Below are positions 63,075 through 64,000 of a stretch of DNA of 64,000 nucleotides, piece by piece. The translations under genes and the position numbers were made by a program. The stretch lies in NCBI GenBank assembly GCA_963726195.1, contig CAVSBO010000008.1:132879-196878 (forward strand), given 5' to 3'. The stretch comes from Candidatus Thorarchaeota archaeon. GTDB taxonomy: Archaea > Asgardarchaeota > Thorarchaeia > Thorarchaeales > Thorarchaeaceae. Below the pieces are notes generated by a model that saw nothing but the letters and a program-made list of their open reading frames with translations, was not told the DNA's origin and searched no databases. Each line of letters starts with the position of its first letter. Positions within the stretch are counted from its first letter, which is position 1.

Positions 63075-64000
63075 TTAGATCTGCTTTTCTTGGCGATATG
63101 GGAGGTAATCCGGTCCGAAAAGTTCTCTCCCCATGACGACCTTCTGGACATGGGCTCCGCCTTCTGCACCAACGGTATATGACCGTACCCCGCGATATGA
63201 AGACTCCAGCGGGCACTCCTTCGTGTAGCCGAATGCTCCGTGCCAGGTCATTGCTCGCGTGATGATATCCAGTGCATCGTGCGGTGTCCTGTACTTCGCA
63301 GCCGCGGTCCACTTCGCAATGTCGAGCTTCGAGATGTTCTTGTCGCCCTGCTTGTAGTGCCGGTCCCACGCGTCAGCCGCGCGATAGGTCAGCAGTCTGT
63401 CAGCCTCAAGAGCCATCCACGAGTCAACCGCCTCGAACATGATTCCCTCGAACGAAGCCAGCGGTCTCCCGAATGCTTTCCTCTGTTTCACGTACTCCAC
63501 GCCTATGTCTTGGCATGCTTGAGCTGCGCCGAGGCACGTTGCACTTATCAAAACCCTGGCAGCCGAGAATCCTTCCATCGCCTGATAGAACCCACGTCCT
63601 CTCGGTCCGATAATGTAATGCTTCGGAATCTCCACGTTCTCAATATTGAATCCGCCAGTGGACACACCCATCCTACCCATGTCCTCAAAGAGCGTAGTCG
63701 TGATTCCCTTTGTCAATCCCTTGCCCAAGTTCAGCGGCAGAATGAATGAATCGAATGCATTGTGGCTGCCCTTCGGGTCAGACTTTCCGAGAGTCCAGTA
63801 CACACCGCCGTACTTCTCCGACTCCCGAACGCCGCTGATGTATACCTTCTCTCCATTCACAACGAACGAATTGCCCTTCGGATCCTTCGGCTTGATGACT
63901 GTCCTTGTCGTGTTCACAAGGTCAGACCCACCAGTCGGCTCAGTCGTTGCGATACCGAAGAACAGGTCGCCTTTCGTGACCCTAGGCAGAATCTCCTTCT
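63075..64000 (-). CDS. Acyl-CoA dehydrogenase (5' end beyond the window)
   Basis: FGIATTEPTGGSD, NGEKVYIS, RKAFGRPL, HGAFGY, GAEG. Confidence 0.93.
   Translation of the reverse strand, partial: KEILPRVTKGDLFFGIATTEPTGGSDLVNTTRTVIKPKDPKGNSFVVNGEKVYISGVRESEKYGGVYWTLGKSDPKGSHNAFDSFILPLNLGKGLTKGITTTLFEDMGRMGVSTGGFNIENVEIPKHYIIGPRGRGFYQAMEGFSAARVLISATCLGAAQACQDIGVEYVKQRKAFGRPLASFEGIMFEAVDSWMALEADRLLTYRAADAWDRHYKQGDKNISKLDIAKWTAAAKYRTPHDALDIITRAMTWHGAFGYTKECPLESSYRGVRSYTVGAEGGAHVQKVVMGRELFGPDYLPYRQEKQI

Noticed and set aside
1-64000. tRNA, rRNA, transposase or integrase genes
   Set aside because: No recognisable motifs found by eye; a tRNAscan/ISEScan run would be needed to be certain

Overview
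Archaeal window of about 52% GC, most likely from an Asgard archaeon of Thorarchaeia type. That call is an inference from the gene repertoire: NosD-like beta-helix surface proteins, an LRR protein, tungsten-type AORs, a Bat-type HTH regulator and a truncated Pelota/eRF1-like protein. Many genes carry single-base frameshifts, often at homopolymers, typical of an unpolished long-read assembly, so pseudogene calls are uncertain. Positions 1-49 kb are an accessory and metabolic mosaic: two AOR-family oxidoreductases, peptidases M3B, M32 and M48, an amidohydrolase, alpha/beta hydrolases, GNATs, transporters, msrA and toxin-antitoxin remnants, with several local duplications and orphan gene tails. 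A ~1200-aa RecD-like helicase-nuclease gene at 28.1-32.1 kb is split by two related ~185-bp fold-back inserts 80 bp apart; removing them restores the frame. Positions 49.4-61.9 kb look like a defence island: NYN-LOTUS RNase, truncated rmuC, a wHTH-PLD fusion, a type I R-M system whose HsdS ends in a PCNA PIP-box-like motif, and a divergent four-gene operon of three paralogous HTH proteins around a PD-(D/E)xK nuclease. A dispersed ~70-bp hairpin repeat family and a highly structured intergenic region were also found. No rRNA, tRNA, CRISPR array, transposase or integrase was recognised.
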